Source of the DNA: a candidate division WWE3 bacterium
GTDB taxonomy: Bacteria > Patescibacteriota > WWE3 > UBA101185 > UBA10185
Assembly (NCBI GenBank): GCA_014729135.1
Contig: WJKK01000001.1
Span: 64,593-128,592 of the forward strand
Reading direction: 5' to 3'
Length of the DNA: 64,000 bases
Positions 19,339 to 29,422 of this stretch are shown here, piece by piece (position 1 is the first letter of the stretch; every line of letters starts with the position of its first letter). Made by a program: the position numbers and the translations under genes. The notes under the pieces are model-generated. The model made no database searches and was not told where the DNA came from. It saw nothing but the letters and a program-made list of their open reading frames with translations.

Positions 19339-20170
19339 GAGATGATGCTTATAAACTGAGCTCATAACGGATATCCCCTTTCTTGCTCAGGCTTCCCTTC
19401 GGTCAGAATTCGCTCAAAAGGGGATATCCGAAATTCGCTAGGTGTATGAAGGCGAGAAGTGAAATGCTTCCTAACCTAATACACAAAAGTGCTTGTTTTA
19501 CTTTGAACAAGGGGATTCCCTTTTGCACGACATTTCGGAGCAAAGCGACGTCGTGGAGTGCAAAAGCGGAAACACTTGTTCAAATCCAACAAGAACAAGC
19601 ACAAATATTCTATTTTCAAAGAAATCAAGTAGATCAACTGCGCTCAATTGCCTCACAAGTTATTTAACAACTCGTAAGCTAGAAAAGAAGCGCAACATTA
19701 GTACTGCTCGGCTGAGAATTCCTCCAAACGTCATCATTTTTCCTAAGCAAAAGGGCAAGCCCAATTACTTTTGGAAGGCCGATTCAGTAAGAGAAATATC
19801 TACACACCCCTTACGGGGCTTACACCTACAGCCTATCAACCTGGTAGTCTCCCAGGAGTTGCGACCCACTTAAAGTGGGATAGTCCTAATCTTGAGGTGT
19901 GCTTCGTGCTTAGATGCTTTCAGCGCTTATCACGTCCGAACGTAGCTACCCAGCGATGCTCCTGGCGGAACAACTGGTACACTAGAGGTTCGTTCATTCC
20001 GGTCCTCTCGTACTAGGAATGACTCCTCTCAGGACTTTGCGCCTGTTGCGGAAAGGGACCGAGCTGTCTCACGACGCTCTAAACCCAACTAACGCGCCTT
20101 TTTAATGGACGAACAGTCCAACCTTTGGGACCTTCTCCAGCCCCAGGATAAGACGAGTCGACATCGCATG

Positions 20171-21006
20171 TTAATCAATTATTACTAATTGCACTGACTA
20201 TATCTTCTTCCTCATTCCTTTAAACCATCCATTTGTTTAAAGAGATAGGAGTCGGCGTATTATGAAAGTTTAAAATACAACACTTTACTCAAGTCTTCCA
20301 TCTCGCCCGCTTTTACGGGCTCAGTCGATACGGGGTCATAACAAAAGTTTATACTTCATACTCTCTATTATCAGAGGCTCCGTTAAGGTATTAAACCTTT
20401 TAACGCATCTCTTATAAAGGCGTATTCTGAAGTAAATTTTATCCTTATTCAAAGAGCCTTCTAAACCAAGTTCAGTTAGCTTTTTGAGAAGAAAACTCTG
20501 ATCCTCCAGGTCAAATTGTTGAGTATTGAAATAAACAGAATCCCTGTCTTTAGAACCATCATCCATAAACCATACAGCTAAAATCAAAGGATCTAGCTTT
20601 AGGTTTCTAGGAATGGTCTTGTACTCTTTTTGAGAATAATAATCCTCATAGAATACATTCAGTTCAGGCAGACTTCTGGTTGTAAATCTATAAGAAAAAC
20701 GGTTTTTCCCGGATTTTCTTAATTTTGGAGGAGTTAAAACATAAGATTTCAACTTCTCATACAACCAAAAGACATAGTCTTTCTGTTTATTAGAGTGGTT
20801 TATCTCCAAAAGAGTATTTTTTCTCCTTCGTAAAGAACCATCTCCCAACAATTTCCCTGTTATTATGGATTTTTGGACTTTTGTCAGACTTCCCACGGTA
20901 TCATCCATGTACAAAATAATACCACAATGTACATTAGGACTCCACCGTTATTAGCCGAATTTTTGGTACCGAATTACTTCGATAGCACCCCTTTCTATTT
21001 CCTTGT
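20171..21006 (-). mobile_element. Group I intron in 23S domain V, at the E. coli ~U2500 site (GGCACCU|CGAUGUCG)
   Basis: The exon junction reconstructs the conserved GGCACCTCGATGTCG. The upstream exon ends in U and the intron ends in G. It contains a LAGLIDADG ORF and shares 5' and 3' sequence blocks with the 16S intron. Confidence 0.75.
20336..20914 (-). CDS. LAGLIDADG homing endonuclease (single-chain, two motifs) inside the 23S intron
   Basis: Motifs ITGKLLGDGSL and ILAVWFMDDGSKD. N-terminus MYMDDTVGSL is paralogous to the 16S-intron ORF. Confidence 0.8.
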   Translation of the reverse strand: MYMDDTVGSLTKVQKSIITGKLLGDGSLRRRKNTLLEINHSNKQKDYVFWLYEKLKSYVLTPPKLRKSGKNRFSYRFTTRSLPELNVFYEDYYSQKEYKTIPRNLKLDPLILAVWFMDDGSKDRDSVYFNTQQFDLEDQSFLLKKLTELGLEGSLNKDKIYFRIRLYKRCVKRFNTLTEPLIIESMKYKLLL

Positions 21007-21049
21007 AGGTGCCAAACAGTGCCGCCGCTGTGGGCGCTCGGGCACTATT

Positions 21050-21080
<31 letters not shown>

Positions 21081-23140
21081 ATAAGTTCCGGGCCTACCAT
21101 TAGGCACTCGGAAGATCACTAAGACCTACTTTCGTATCTGCGCGATTTGTATATCTTGCAGTCAAGCTCCCATATACCTTTACGCTTACATCCCGATTTC
21201 CATCCGGGACAAGGGAACCTTTGTGCTCCTGCGTTACTCTTTAGCAGGAATCCGCCCCAGATAAACTGCCCTTCAAACATTGTCCTCTCACCCGATAAGG
21301 GCGAACAGTTAGGCTTGCACTAGTGAAAGAGAGGTGTTTCATCGACGTCCTCCAGTCGTTAAACGGGAGAACTCCCTCCTACTCTACACAGTCAATAGCA
21401 CGCACCAATGTCAGAATACAGTAAAGCTCCACGGGGTCTTTCTGTCCAGCAACAGGTAACCGGCATCTTTACCGGTAGTTCAATTTCACCGAGTTCGTGA
21501 CTAAGAGAGTGCTCAAGTCGTTACACCTTTCGTGCGGGTCGATAATTATTCGACAAGGGATTACGCTACCATAGAACAGTTATAGTTACTGCTGCCGTTC
21601 ACCCGAGCTTGAACCGAAAGCTCATTCCACTCCTAAGAGGGGAAATCACCTCCAGTCTTAACTTACAGGCACTGGGCAGGTGTCGGCCCCTATACCTCCT
21701 CTTGCGAGTTTAGCAGAGACCTGTGTTTTTAATAAACAGTCGCTTGAGCCATTTCTGTGCCCCCCACGCAATTAAGCATGGGGCATCCTTTTCCCTAAGT
21801 TACGGATGTAATTTGCCTAGTTCCTCGGCCACGATTCTCTCGTTCGCCTTAGTATTCTCTACTTGTCTACCTGTGTCGGTTTGCGGTACGGATACTAAAA
21901 AACCTCCCTAGAAGCTTTTCCCGGGAGCTTAACGCAACCGGATCACGCCTTTCGACGCTTTTCCCCCGGCTCACGTGAGTCTCCTTGCGGAGACAACGCC
22001 CGTACGGATTTGCCTGTACGGACTAGCTTGCCTTCGGGACTCAAATCCATAATGAGCCCGGCCTATCAAACTCCGTCCCTCCATTGGTAAAAACGGTTTT
22101 TCAGTAGTGCAGGAATATTAACCTGCTGTCCATTAGCTACGCCTTTCGGCCTCACCTTAGGACCGACTAACCCTCCGATGACTGACATTGCGGAGGAACC
22201 CTTAGACTTTCGGCGAGGTGGGTTTTCACCACCTTCTCGTTACTCATGCCAGCATTCTCTCTTGATAACGCTCCAGCAGCCCTCGCGGGTCTACCTTCTG
22301 TGCTACGTTCAAGCTCTTTTGAAGCCGATCCTGATTTACATCAGGATGACATCTTTAAAAGTTTGAATGTTATCAATGCTCCCCTACCTTCTGCCTCCTA
22401 CAAGAGGAGACAAAACCATAGTGTCGGTTCTTTGCTTGAGTCCCGTTAAATTTTCGGCGCAAGGCCGTTTAACTAGTGAGCTGTTACGCTTTCTTTAAAG
22501 GTTTGCTGCTTCTAAGCTAACCTCCTAGCTGTCTAAACAGACTTACTTCCTTTCTCACTAAGCATTCCACACAAGGTGGAACCCCCACAAAAGTGGGGAA
22601 AGATTTGGGACCTTAACTGATGGTCTGGGATGTTTCCCTTTCGCGCTAGGAACTTGCTCCCTAGAACTGACTCCCGGTCAACGGATTTGCGCATTCGGAG
22701 TTTGGTAAGAGTTAGTACGCAAAAGCGCCTAATCTCTTTTCAGTATCTCTACCTCACAAATCCTATAAGACCAAGGCTATACCTACATATATTTCGGGGA
22801 GAACCAGCTATTGCCAAGTTCGATTACCGTTTCAGCCCTAACCACAGGTCATCCGAGCATTTTTCCACATACACCGGTTCGGGCCTCCATCCACCTCTCG
22901 ATGGACTTCACCCTGCCCATGGTTAGATCACTTGGCTTCGGGTCTAATAGCACGTACTTATCGCCCGTTAAGACTTGGTTTCCCTTTGCCTCCACGACTG
23001 AATCGTTTAAGCTTGCACGTGCAATTAACTCGCTGGCTCATTTTTCAATAGGCACAATATCACCCGAACTTATCCGAAGATAAGTGGGCTCTATCAGCTT
23101 GACTGTGTACGGTTTCAGATTCTATTTCACTCCCCTATCC

Positions 23141-23185
<45 letters not shown>

Positions 23186-24262
23186 GTCTTGACGTGTTTA
23201 GCCTTAGCAGATGGTCCTGCTTCCTTCACACGAGGTTACCGTGTCTCGTGTTACTCTGGACAACTCAAGAAGATTCTTTGTTTCGTTTACGGGGCTATTA
23301 CCCTCTTTGGCTCCACTTTCCAGGAAGATTCTCCTACAAAAAATTTTCTAACTTCTTTTGTCTTAAAGACATAGAGTTTCCGAACCGCCAAGCACAAATA
23401 TAATTTGTGCTTGCCTTTGGGCTGATTCCCGTTCGCTCGCCGCTACTAGGGAAATTACTTAATTTAGTTTCCTTTCCTCCGGTTACTAAGATGTTTCAGT
23501 TCACCGAGTTACCTTCTCTTTACCTATACCCCACGAATTGTGAGGTTTTAGTAAAGGATAACTGTATTAAACAGATGGGTTTCCCCATTCGGAGACCCCC
23601 GGCTAATAACGCTTCTTATCAGCTGACCGAGGTTTATCGCAGATTGGCGCGTCCTTCTTCGGCATCAAGACCCAAGGCATCCACCATACACATTGAGTAT
23701 CTTTTCCAGCTTACAAGTTGGCACACAACCTGTAAGACAGTAATAAAGGTATTTCCTTTATTACGAGGAATATCTCCTTTTTGTTTTAAGGCACTCTCAA
23801 AGGGAGCGTCTTACCGCCGCCCTTAACGCCTTCTCAGGAGATATTTCATTCGATGAGGAAACGAGGTCCTCACCACGTTTCCTACAATTGAACATTTGAT
23901 ACTTTTAAAACGTTTGGTTTTACCCTTACGTTTTATCTGTATTGTTGATCTACTTAATTTTCAAAGATCTGTTAAGTTTGCGCGTGTGATTGCTTTTGCG
24001 TTCACATTTGGCAAAGTTAACTTAGCAAACAAAAGTGAGAGCATTCTAGTGCAGACACTTTGTTTATGCTTTTCAAGTTGGCTAAAGCCTAACTTGAACG
24101 GCTTCTGAAAACCTCTCTAAAGAAGTTCTCAAGACTGACAATCTCGAGGAGAGATCGTCAATCTTAAAAACTCCTAGTTAATCGGCTTTAATGAAACGTT
24201 TTGAGCCGAGAGGCATTGTATCATATGGTTTTTCAATGTAAATGACCCAAAAAGTTCCGCGA

Positions 24263-24335
24263 AATTTCAAAATACTCAATCCGCCTTCGGCGGATTTCGG
24301 GCATAAGCAAATCTTCCAGATTTGCTTAAGCGCAT
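24263..24335 (-). other. Two hairpins 3' of tRNA-Ala, before the 23S 5' end; possible processing or termination structures
   Basis: Near-palindrome gcataagcaaatcttccagatttgcttaagc (24301-24333) and aatccgccttcggcggatt (24278-24296) with a weak T-run on the minus strand. A copy of the first palindrome also lies 5' of tRNA-Ile at 27886-27918. Confidence 0.35.
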
Positions 24336-24357
24336 TAAAGTGCCTTTGGCACTTTAA

Positions 24358-24434
24358 TGGTGGACTCGGCGGGAATCGAACCCGCGACCTCCGCCATGCA
24401 AAGACGATGCTCTAGCCAACTGAGCTACGAGCCC
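24358..24434 (-). tRNA. tRNA-Ala (anticodon UGC), CCA encoded
   Basis: The reverse complement gggctcgtagctcagttggctagagcatcgtctttgcatggcggaggtcgcgggttcgattcccgccgagtccacca folds as a cloverleaf. Anticodon loop cuUUGCAug. Confidence 0.85.
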
Positions 24435-24478
24435 AAAAACCTGCCTCCGGCAGTTTTTGGGTCCAAGCAAACGTCAAA

Positions 24479-24520
24479 GACGTTTGTTTGCTACCTAAAA
24501 GGTTACAAAGTAACCTTTTA
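24479..24520. repeat. 42-bp direct repeat, copy 1, containing a perfect hairpin aaaaggttac-aaa-gtaacctttt
   Basis: gacgtttgtttgctacctaaaaggttacaaagtaacctttta. Second copy at 24711-24753. Confidence 0.6.
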
Positions 24521-24710
24521 CCCGAGAACCACCTACGGAAGCTCAAGGACTTAACAAAACGCCTTGCGTTTTGTTATGCCCAAAAATTTCAAAGAAATTT
24601 TTGGGGCCAGGTAAATGCGATTGAACAGGAGCATTTAGCTGGACCGTAAAACTTCTATGAAGTTTTACAAGGCATCCGAAAAAAGCTCAAGAGAGCTTTT
24701 ACGCAAAAAA

Positions 24711-24753
24711 GACGTTTGTTTGCTACCTAAAAGGTTACGAAGTAACCCTTTAA
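24711..24753. repeat. 42-bp direct repeat, copy 2 (2-3 mismatches)
   Basis: gacgtttgtttgctacctaaaaggttacgaagtaaccctttaa. Confidence 0.6.
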
Positions 24754-24883
24754 TCCTGCACAAAGTACAAATAAAGCAACTCCAAATATTAAATTAAAAA
24801 CCGGGATATCAGAGCCTCTTTTTTAAAGAGGATTAATTCCATTCCTAGTGAATCCATCAATGAATCCACGCAACAATAAGTTA

Positions 24884-26113
24884 TCATTCAAACAGGCGCA
24901 TGTCAACACTTTTAAGCAAATTCTTCAGACCATTTAACCCCTTCGAATGTTCCCCCGCTTCAGAAACAACCTCCTCATACATTTCAAGCGTCTGACTTGC
25001 AACATTAGACCAATCCATATGGGAAACCTTCTCCTTAGCTGCCAAACACAGCGCCTGATAATCCTCCTGGGGCAAACTTGCCAACTCCTTTAACTTAGCA
25101 GCAAAATCCTTGGGAGCCGTTTCCAAAGGAAAGTTATAACCCACCGAAACATCCACAAACTCATTAGTAGTTTCATTTTCCAAAGACACAATAGGCGTAC
25201 CCGAAGCCAAAGCCTCCAAAACCGACAAACTCTGAACCTCCTTTAGTGAAGCGGACACAAAGAAATGAGACTCTTCAAGCATTTTAGGTATCTTCTTATG
25301 AGGTACTTTACCTACAAAACTAACTAAAACCTCTGCTTTTTCAACTTTATTCTTCAGAAGTTCATCATAACCATCATTCAATGGAACCCCTATTAGATTG
25401 AGCTCAAACTCCTTTTTGGGTAAATGTTTCATAGCATCTATTAAATACGCCTGATTCTTGCGCTTGTTAAGGTAACCAACAAAAATCAGCTTTTTTGGAG
25501 TTGCTGTAATGTCCGCGCAAGACAAGTCTGCGTAATTTTCGAGGTTTCGCCCGTTAGGTATCGTATAAACAGGCGTTTCTAAGTCGTAAGTTTCCAAGTC
25601 TTTTAAAACGGAGTCGTTTATGGCGATGATTGCAGAGGACTTCTTTAGAAACAGGTCAAAGTAACTGTCAAAAACTTTAGAGTCAAAAAGCGATTGCATC
25701 TTTGGAAAGAGCTCTGCTAAACCAAAAGTCACAACCTCTGAGGGAATTGTGTGAGAGGTGAAAACCGTAGGTGTCTTATTTTTTAGTGCCCACAAAAGAG
25801 AAACAAAAGCTGCAGGACCTTGATCATGAAAGTGGATTATGTCGGGAGAAAAGTCACGCAAAACTTTAAGGAGGGAGTTGATTTTTACAGGGTCCAGAAG
25901 CGGTAAAATGACGTCTTGCTTTTTTCTACCGGAAATCTCAAATTGAGTAAAGGTTTTTGTCGTTTTTGTTTTCCCAGTTTCTTCTCCGGAGAGGATTAAA
26001 AGGATATTGTTTTCGGAGGGCGTTTTTGACAAAACTTCTGCAAGCTCCCGGGCTACACGGCCATCCCCTCCTGAGCTATTTGCTGATGCACTGGAAACAA
26101 AAGCGATATTCAT
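24884..26113 (-). CDS. Glycosyltransferase family 4 (GT-B fold)
   Basis: The C-terminal E-x7-E region (EAEVLVSFVGKVPHKKIPKMLEESHFFVSASLKEVQSLSVLEALASGTPIV) is typical of GT4. Confidence 0.75.
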   Translation of the reverse strand: MNIAFVSSASANSSGGDGRVARELAEVLSKTPSENNILLILSGEETGKTKTTKTFTQFEISGRKKQDVILPLLDPVKINSLLKVLRDFSPDIIHFHDQGPAAFVSLLWALKNKTPTVFTSHTIPSEVVTFGLAELFPKMQSLFDSKVFDSYFDLFLKKSSAIIAINDSVLKDLETYDLETPVYTIPNGRNLENYADLSCADITATPKKLIFVGYLNKRKNQAYLIDAMKHLPKKEFELNLIGVPLNDGYDELLKNKVEKAEVLVSFVGKVPHKKIPKMLEESHFFVSASLKEVQSLSVLEALASGTPIVSLENETTNEFVDVSVGYNFPLETAPKDFAAKLKELASLPQEDYQALCLAAKEKVSHMDWSNVASQTLEMYEEVVSEAGEHSKGLNGLKNLLKSVDMRLFE

Positions 26114-26140
26114 GGCAGTTTGAATTCTAGCACACCCGAA

Positions 26141-26325
26141 AAGGGACAGTCCTCTAAGGGGACAGTCCTTTTTAAAACCTACTCTGAAATTCTAGTCTAA
26201 ATAGAAGGGGCTTTAAAAGAGAAACTCTATCGCAAAAGTCAAAAATCAACTTCCTTAACTTCCGAAACTTCTAGTTTAACTAGAATTACTAAAGAGGACA
26301 GTCCTTTAAGAGGACTGTCCCTTCC
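26141..26325. mobile_element. MITE-like composite palindromic element (module A-B' ... B-A) in the GT4 / relA divergent intergenic region
   Basis: Left end aaagggacagtcctctaaggggacagtcc...attctagtctaaatagaa. Right end cttctagtttaactagaattactaaagaggacagtcctttaagaggactgtccc. The ends are imperfect inverted copies of each other (~60 bp). Confidence 0.45.
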
Positions 26326-26354
26326 AGACAAAGCTGCGGTATAATAAGGGCACC

Positions 26355-27770
26355 ATGTCCCTCCCCCAAGCCAAAAAACTGGCAGAAAAAATCTACAAAA
26401 ACAAAACCCGCTTATCCGGGGAAACCTACTACGAACATGCTCTAGAAATCGCGAACCGCCTAAAAAAGTATGGAATCCAGGAAGAAATCACTCTAATAAC
26501 AGCAATCCTCCATCACGCCCTCGACGAGAAAAAAACAACAGCCCAATCCGAAATTGCAGAAATCAGCAAAGAAGCTGCAGACCTTCTAGAGAAATACAAG
26601 CGCCTCACAAAAACCGACATAAAAACAGAATCCCTTACCACTTATAACGAGCGCTACATAATGCAAACTTTTGTAAATCTGGTGGAAGACATTCGAGTCC
26701 TTATAATTAGAGCCGTAGATAAATTGCATGCCCTGGAAAATTCCTGGGCCTTGGAAAAGGAGAAACGTGAGGAGGCTGCTCAAAGAGCCCTTTACCTTTA
26801 TGCCCCCCTTGCAAAAATCCTGGGAGTATCGAAAATTTCAAAAGACCTGGAGGATACAGCGTTTAAAATCCTATACCCGGACAAATACTTTAAAATCAAA
26901 AAAAGTGTACAGAAGCGTTCTTGGGGTACTAAAAAGATTTTTAGGGAGGTGGAAAAGTTTTTAAAGGAGATTCTAGCGGAACAGGGTATTGAGAACTTTA
27001 AGATTCAATATCGGGTTAAAAGTGCTTATAGTTTGCATCGAAAGGTAGAGCGCTACAAAAAGGAAGGTAAGGCGCTGGGCGAGGATTTGAGTAAGATTTA
27101 TGATCTTTTTGCACTTCGTCTCGTTCTTAATACAGTGGAAGAGTGTTACCTAACAGAAAACCTCCTGGCACAACTTTGGGAGGAAATTCCAAACGAACGG
27201 GATGACTACATTAAAAATCCCCGAAGCACAGGTTACCAATCAATCCATAATGCCTTTCAAATTGACAACGACTTCATTGCGGAAGTGCAAATTCGAACGC
27301 ATGAAATGCATCAACAAGCGGAGTTTGGCATTAGTTCGCATCTTTTGTATAAGATTGGGGATAAAGGGGCAAAGTCAAAGGCCGTAGATAAATTCAAAAA
27401 GTACCTCCAAAAACATCCGGAATGGTTTAAGGATTTGAACTTCTGGGAGATTGCGCCGGATAAAAAGTATATACCTAAAACTCCCTTTAGTGACAATATT
27501 TACACGTTTACACCAAAGGGGGATATTATTGAGCTGCCTAAGGGGGCTTCAGTTGTAGATTTTGCCTATAAGGTGCATACGGAGGTGGGCAATAATTGTG
27601 CGGGAGCCTTTGTTAATGGGAAAATTGTTAAGTTGGATCATGTTTTGAGGACGGGGGATACGGTGAAGATTAAGGTGGATAAGCGTAAGCGGCGTCCAAG
27701 TAAGGATTGGCTGGAGTTTGTGGAGACGCGGGCAGCGAAGATTCATATTAATCGTGCCTGGCGGGAGTGA
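26355..27770 (+). CDS. relA: RelA/SpoT-family (p)ppGpp synthetase: degenerate HD, synthetase and TGS domains, no ACT domain
   Basis: HD region ETYYEHALEIANRL...ILHHALDEK (canonical LHD replaced by LHH). Synthetase motifs YSLHRKVE, DLFALRLVL, YQSIHNAF, EVQIRTHEMHQQAEFG. TGS IYTFTPKGDIIELPKGASVVDFAYKVHTEVG. Confidence 0.85.
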   Translation: MSLPQAKKLAEKIYKNKTRLSGETYYEHALEIANRLKKYGIQEEITLITAILHHALDEKKTTAQSEIAEISKEAADLLEKYKRLTKTDIKTESLTTYNERYIMQTFVNLVEDIRVLIIRAVDKLHALENSWALEKEKREEAAQRALYLYAPLAKILGVSKISKDLEDTAFKILYPDKYFKIKKSVQKRSWGTKKIFREVEKFLKEILAEQGIENFKIQYRVKSAYSLHRKVERYKKEGKALGEDLSKIYDLFALRLVLNTVEECYLTENLLAQLWEEIPNERDDYIKNPRSTGYQSIHNAFQIDNDFIAEVQIRTHEMHQQAEFGISSHLLYKIGDKGAKSKAVDKFKKYLQKHPEWFKDLNFWEIAPDKKYIPKTPFSDNIYTFTPKGDIIELPKGASVVDFAYKVHTEVGNNCAGAFVNGKIVKLDHVLRTGDTVKIKVDKRKRRPSKDWLEFVETRAAKIHINRAWRE

Positions 27771-27787
27771 TAGCTATTCAAAGTATT

Positions 27788-27864
27788 TATGGTGGGCGTT
27801 CATGGACTCGAACCATGGGCCTCTCCCTTATCAGAGGAGTGCTCTTACCATCTGAGCTAAACGC
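27788..27864 (-). tRNA. tRNA-Ile (anticodon GAU), CCA encoded
   Basis: The reverse complement gggcgtttagctcagatggtaagagcactcctctgataagggagaggcccatggttcgagtccatgaacgcccacca. Anticodon loop cuGAUaa. Begins 18 nt after the relA stop on the opposite strand. Confidence 0.85.
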
Positions 27865-27871
27865 CCTTGAA

Positions 27872-27892
27872 ATACTCGCCTACGGCGAGTTT
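27872..27892 (+). terminator. Putative intrinsic terminator for relA, located antisense and just beyond tRNA-Ile
   Basis: ctcgcc-tac-ggcgag followed by tttt. Confidence 0.4.
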
Positions 27893-27980
27893 TCAAGCTT
27901 AAGCAAATCTGAAAGATTTGCTTATGCCGTGCAAGTCCGAAGGACTTGTACGATAAGCCTTTGTAAACAAATTTTTTTGG

Positions 27981-28018
27981 TGATCAAAATGTGAGCGTAC
28001 TAACGCGAGCATTTTGAC
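27981..28018. repeat. 38-bp repeat R1 (hairpin caaaatgYgagcg-tactaa-cgcgagcattttg), upstream (5') of tRNA-Ile
   Basis: tgatcaaaatgtgagcgtactaacgcgagcattttgac. A near-identical copy R2 sits 5' of the 16S. Confidence 0.6.
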
Positions 28019-28652
28019 CTCCCTAACAAGTTCTGTAAGAACTTGTTAGTACTGTTGAAATTTCAAGCGTGCCCTGGATGGACACAACCCAACCAAAGCT
28101 CGCCTATAATAGCACAAACAAACTCCACACCCAACCACTAAAACTGCTAAAATAACTCCATGAACCCTGCCACAAACAAAACCCTCCAGAAAATACTAAT
28201 CCCACTTCTTATAGCAACCATCCTAAGCATCAACAAAATCCTAAATATACAAAGCGCTCAGCAAGTCATGCGCGTTTTTGTGAGAATTTTTGTAATTACG
28301 TCTGTGATTTTTGTTGGAATTAAGCTAGTCCCGCAAATTTTTAACCATATTGTTAACGATTAAAAAGAAAAAACGACAGCCCCTTCAGAGTTAACTTCCC
28401 TCTTCCGGGGCTTTAGTCTATTCATCTTCCTCCTCCATAAATTCGACTAAAAATTCCTCGAGGGTCATTGAACACGAATTCCCCGAAGAACGATCTTTGC
28501 CAAAAATTCCCCACAGAAAAAGCAAGAGCAAAGCACCAAACAACAACCACTCATCCATCAGAAACCTCCTTTGAAAGTTGCAAAAATACCACCAACCTGC
28601 CAAGTATACTAAAACAACAAACCAAATTTTAAAAACAAAACAAATAAGAATA

Positions 28653-28684
28653 AAACAAAAAAAGCCTACCATTACGGTAGGCTT
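28653..28684 (-). terminator. Intrinsic terminator ~300 nt downstream of the 16S 3' end
   Basis: Minus-strand hairpin aagcctacc-gtaat-ggtaggctt followed by a 7-nt T-run (plus-strand aaaaaaa before the stem). Confidence 0.5.
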
Positions 28685-29422
28685 AATTTAAAAATCACTT
28701 ATATTTGCTTCAACTTCTCTCTAAACTCAAAATTCAAGAAACCAAAGGCAAAAAGAATGCTCATCTACGAGTTTTGTTATGTGTGAATATTCACCACACA
28801 ACGGCTCACTCGAAACCTTCCCAAAGCTGCTTGTGAGTTACACAGCTCTACTGACTACACGATTTAGGGATTATCACATGTAGTAGGTGTTTCTTCTTTT
28901 GAAGGGCTTTTTTGTAAGTTCATACAAAAAAGATTCCTGCAATCAAAAACACTTGTTACTCCTTAGAAAGGAGGTGATCCAGCCGCAGATTCCCCTACGG
29001 CTACCTTGTTACGACTTCACCCTCATTACTGATTTCACCATGGGACCCCTTAAAAGAGGTACTTCAGGTGACCTCAGCTTTGCTGATGTGACGGGCAGTG
29101 TGTGCAAGACCCGAGAACGTATTCACCGTCGTTTTGCTGACCGACGATTACTAGCGATTCCAACTTCATGAAGTCGAATTGCAGACTTCAATCCGAACTG
29201 AGATGCGCTTTAGGGATTAGCTTTACCTTACGGTATCGCGATACTCTCTGTACGCACCATTGTAGCATGCTTCTAGCCCCAGTCATAAGGGCAATACCGA
29301 CTTGACGTCGTCCCCGCCTTCCTCCATCTTACGATGGCAGTTCCGCTAGAGTGATACAACTAGCAGTAAGGGTTGCGCTCGTTAACCCACTTAAGGGTAC
29401 GCCTCACGGTACGAGCTGACGA

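Noticed and set aside
24357-24554. 65-aa ORF on the plus strand
   Set aside because: It is exactly antisense to tRNA-Ala (its N-terminal codons are the tRNA complement).
27767-27994. 75-aa ORF on the plus strand
   Set aside because: It overlaps tRNA-Ile (antisense) and the relA terminator hairpin; no RBS.
28418-28672. 84-aa very hydrophobic ORF on the minus strand between 16S and tRNA-Ile
   Set aside because: Its start codon lies inside the 16S terminator hairpin, it has no RBS and low-complexity composition. ORF 28160-28363 is likewise unsupported.
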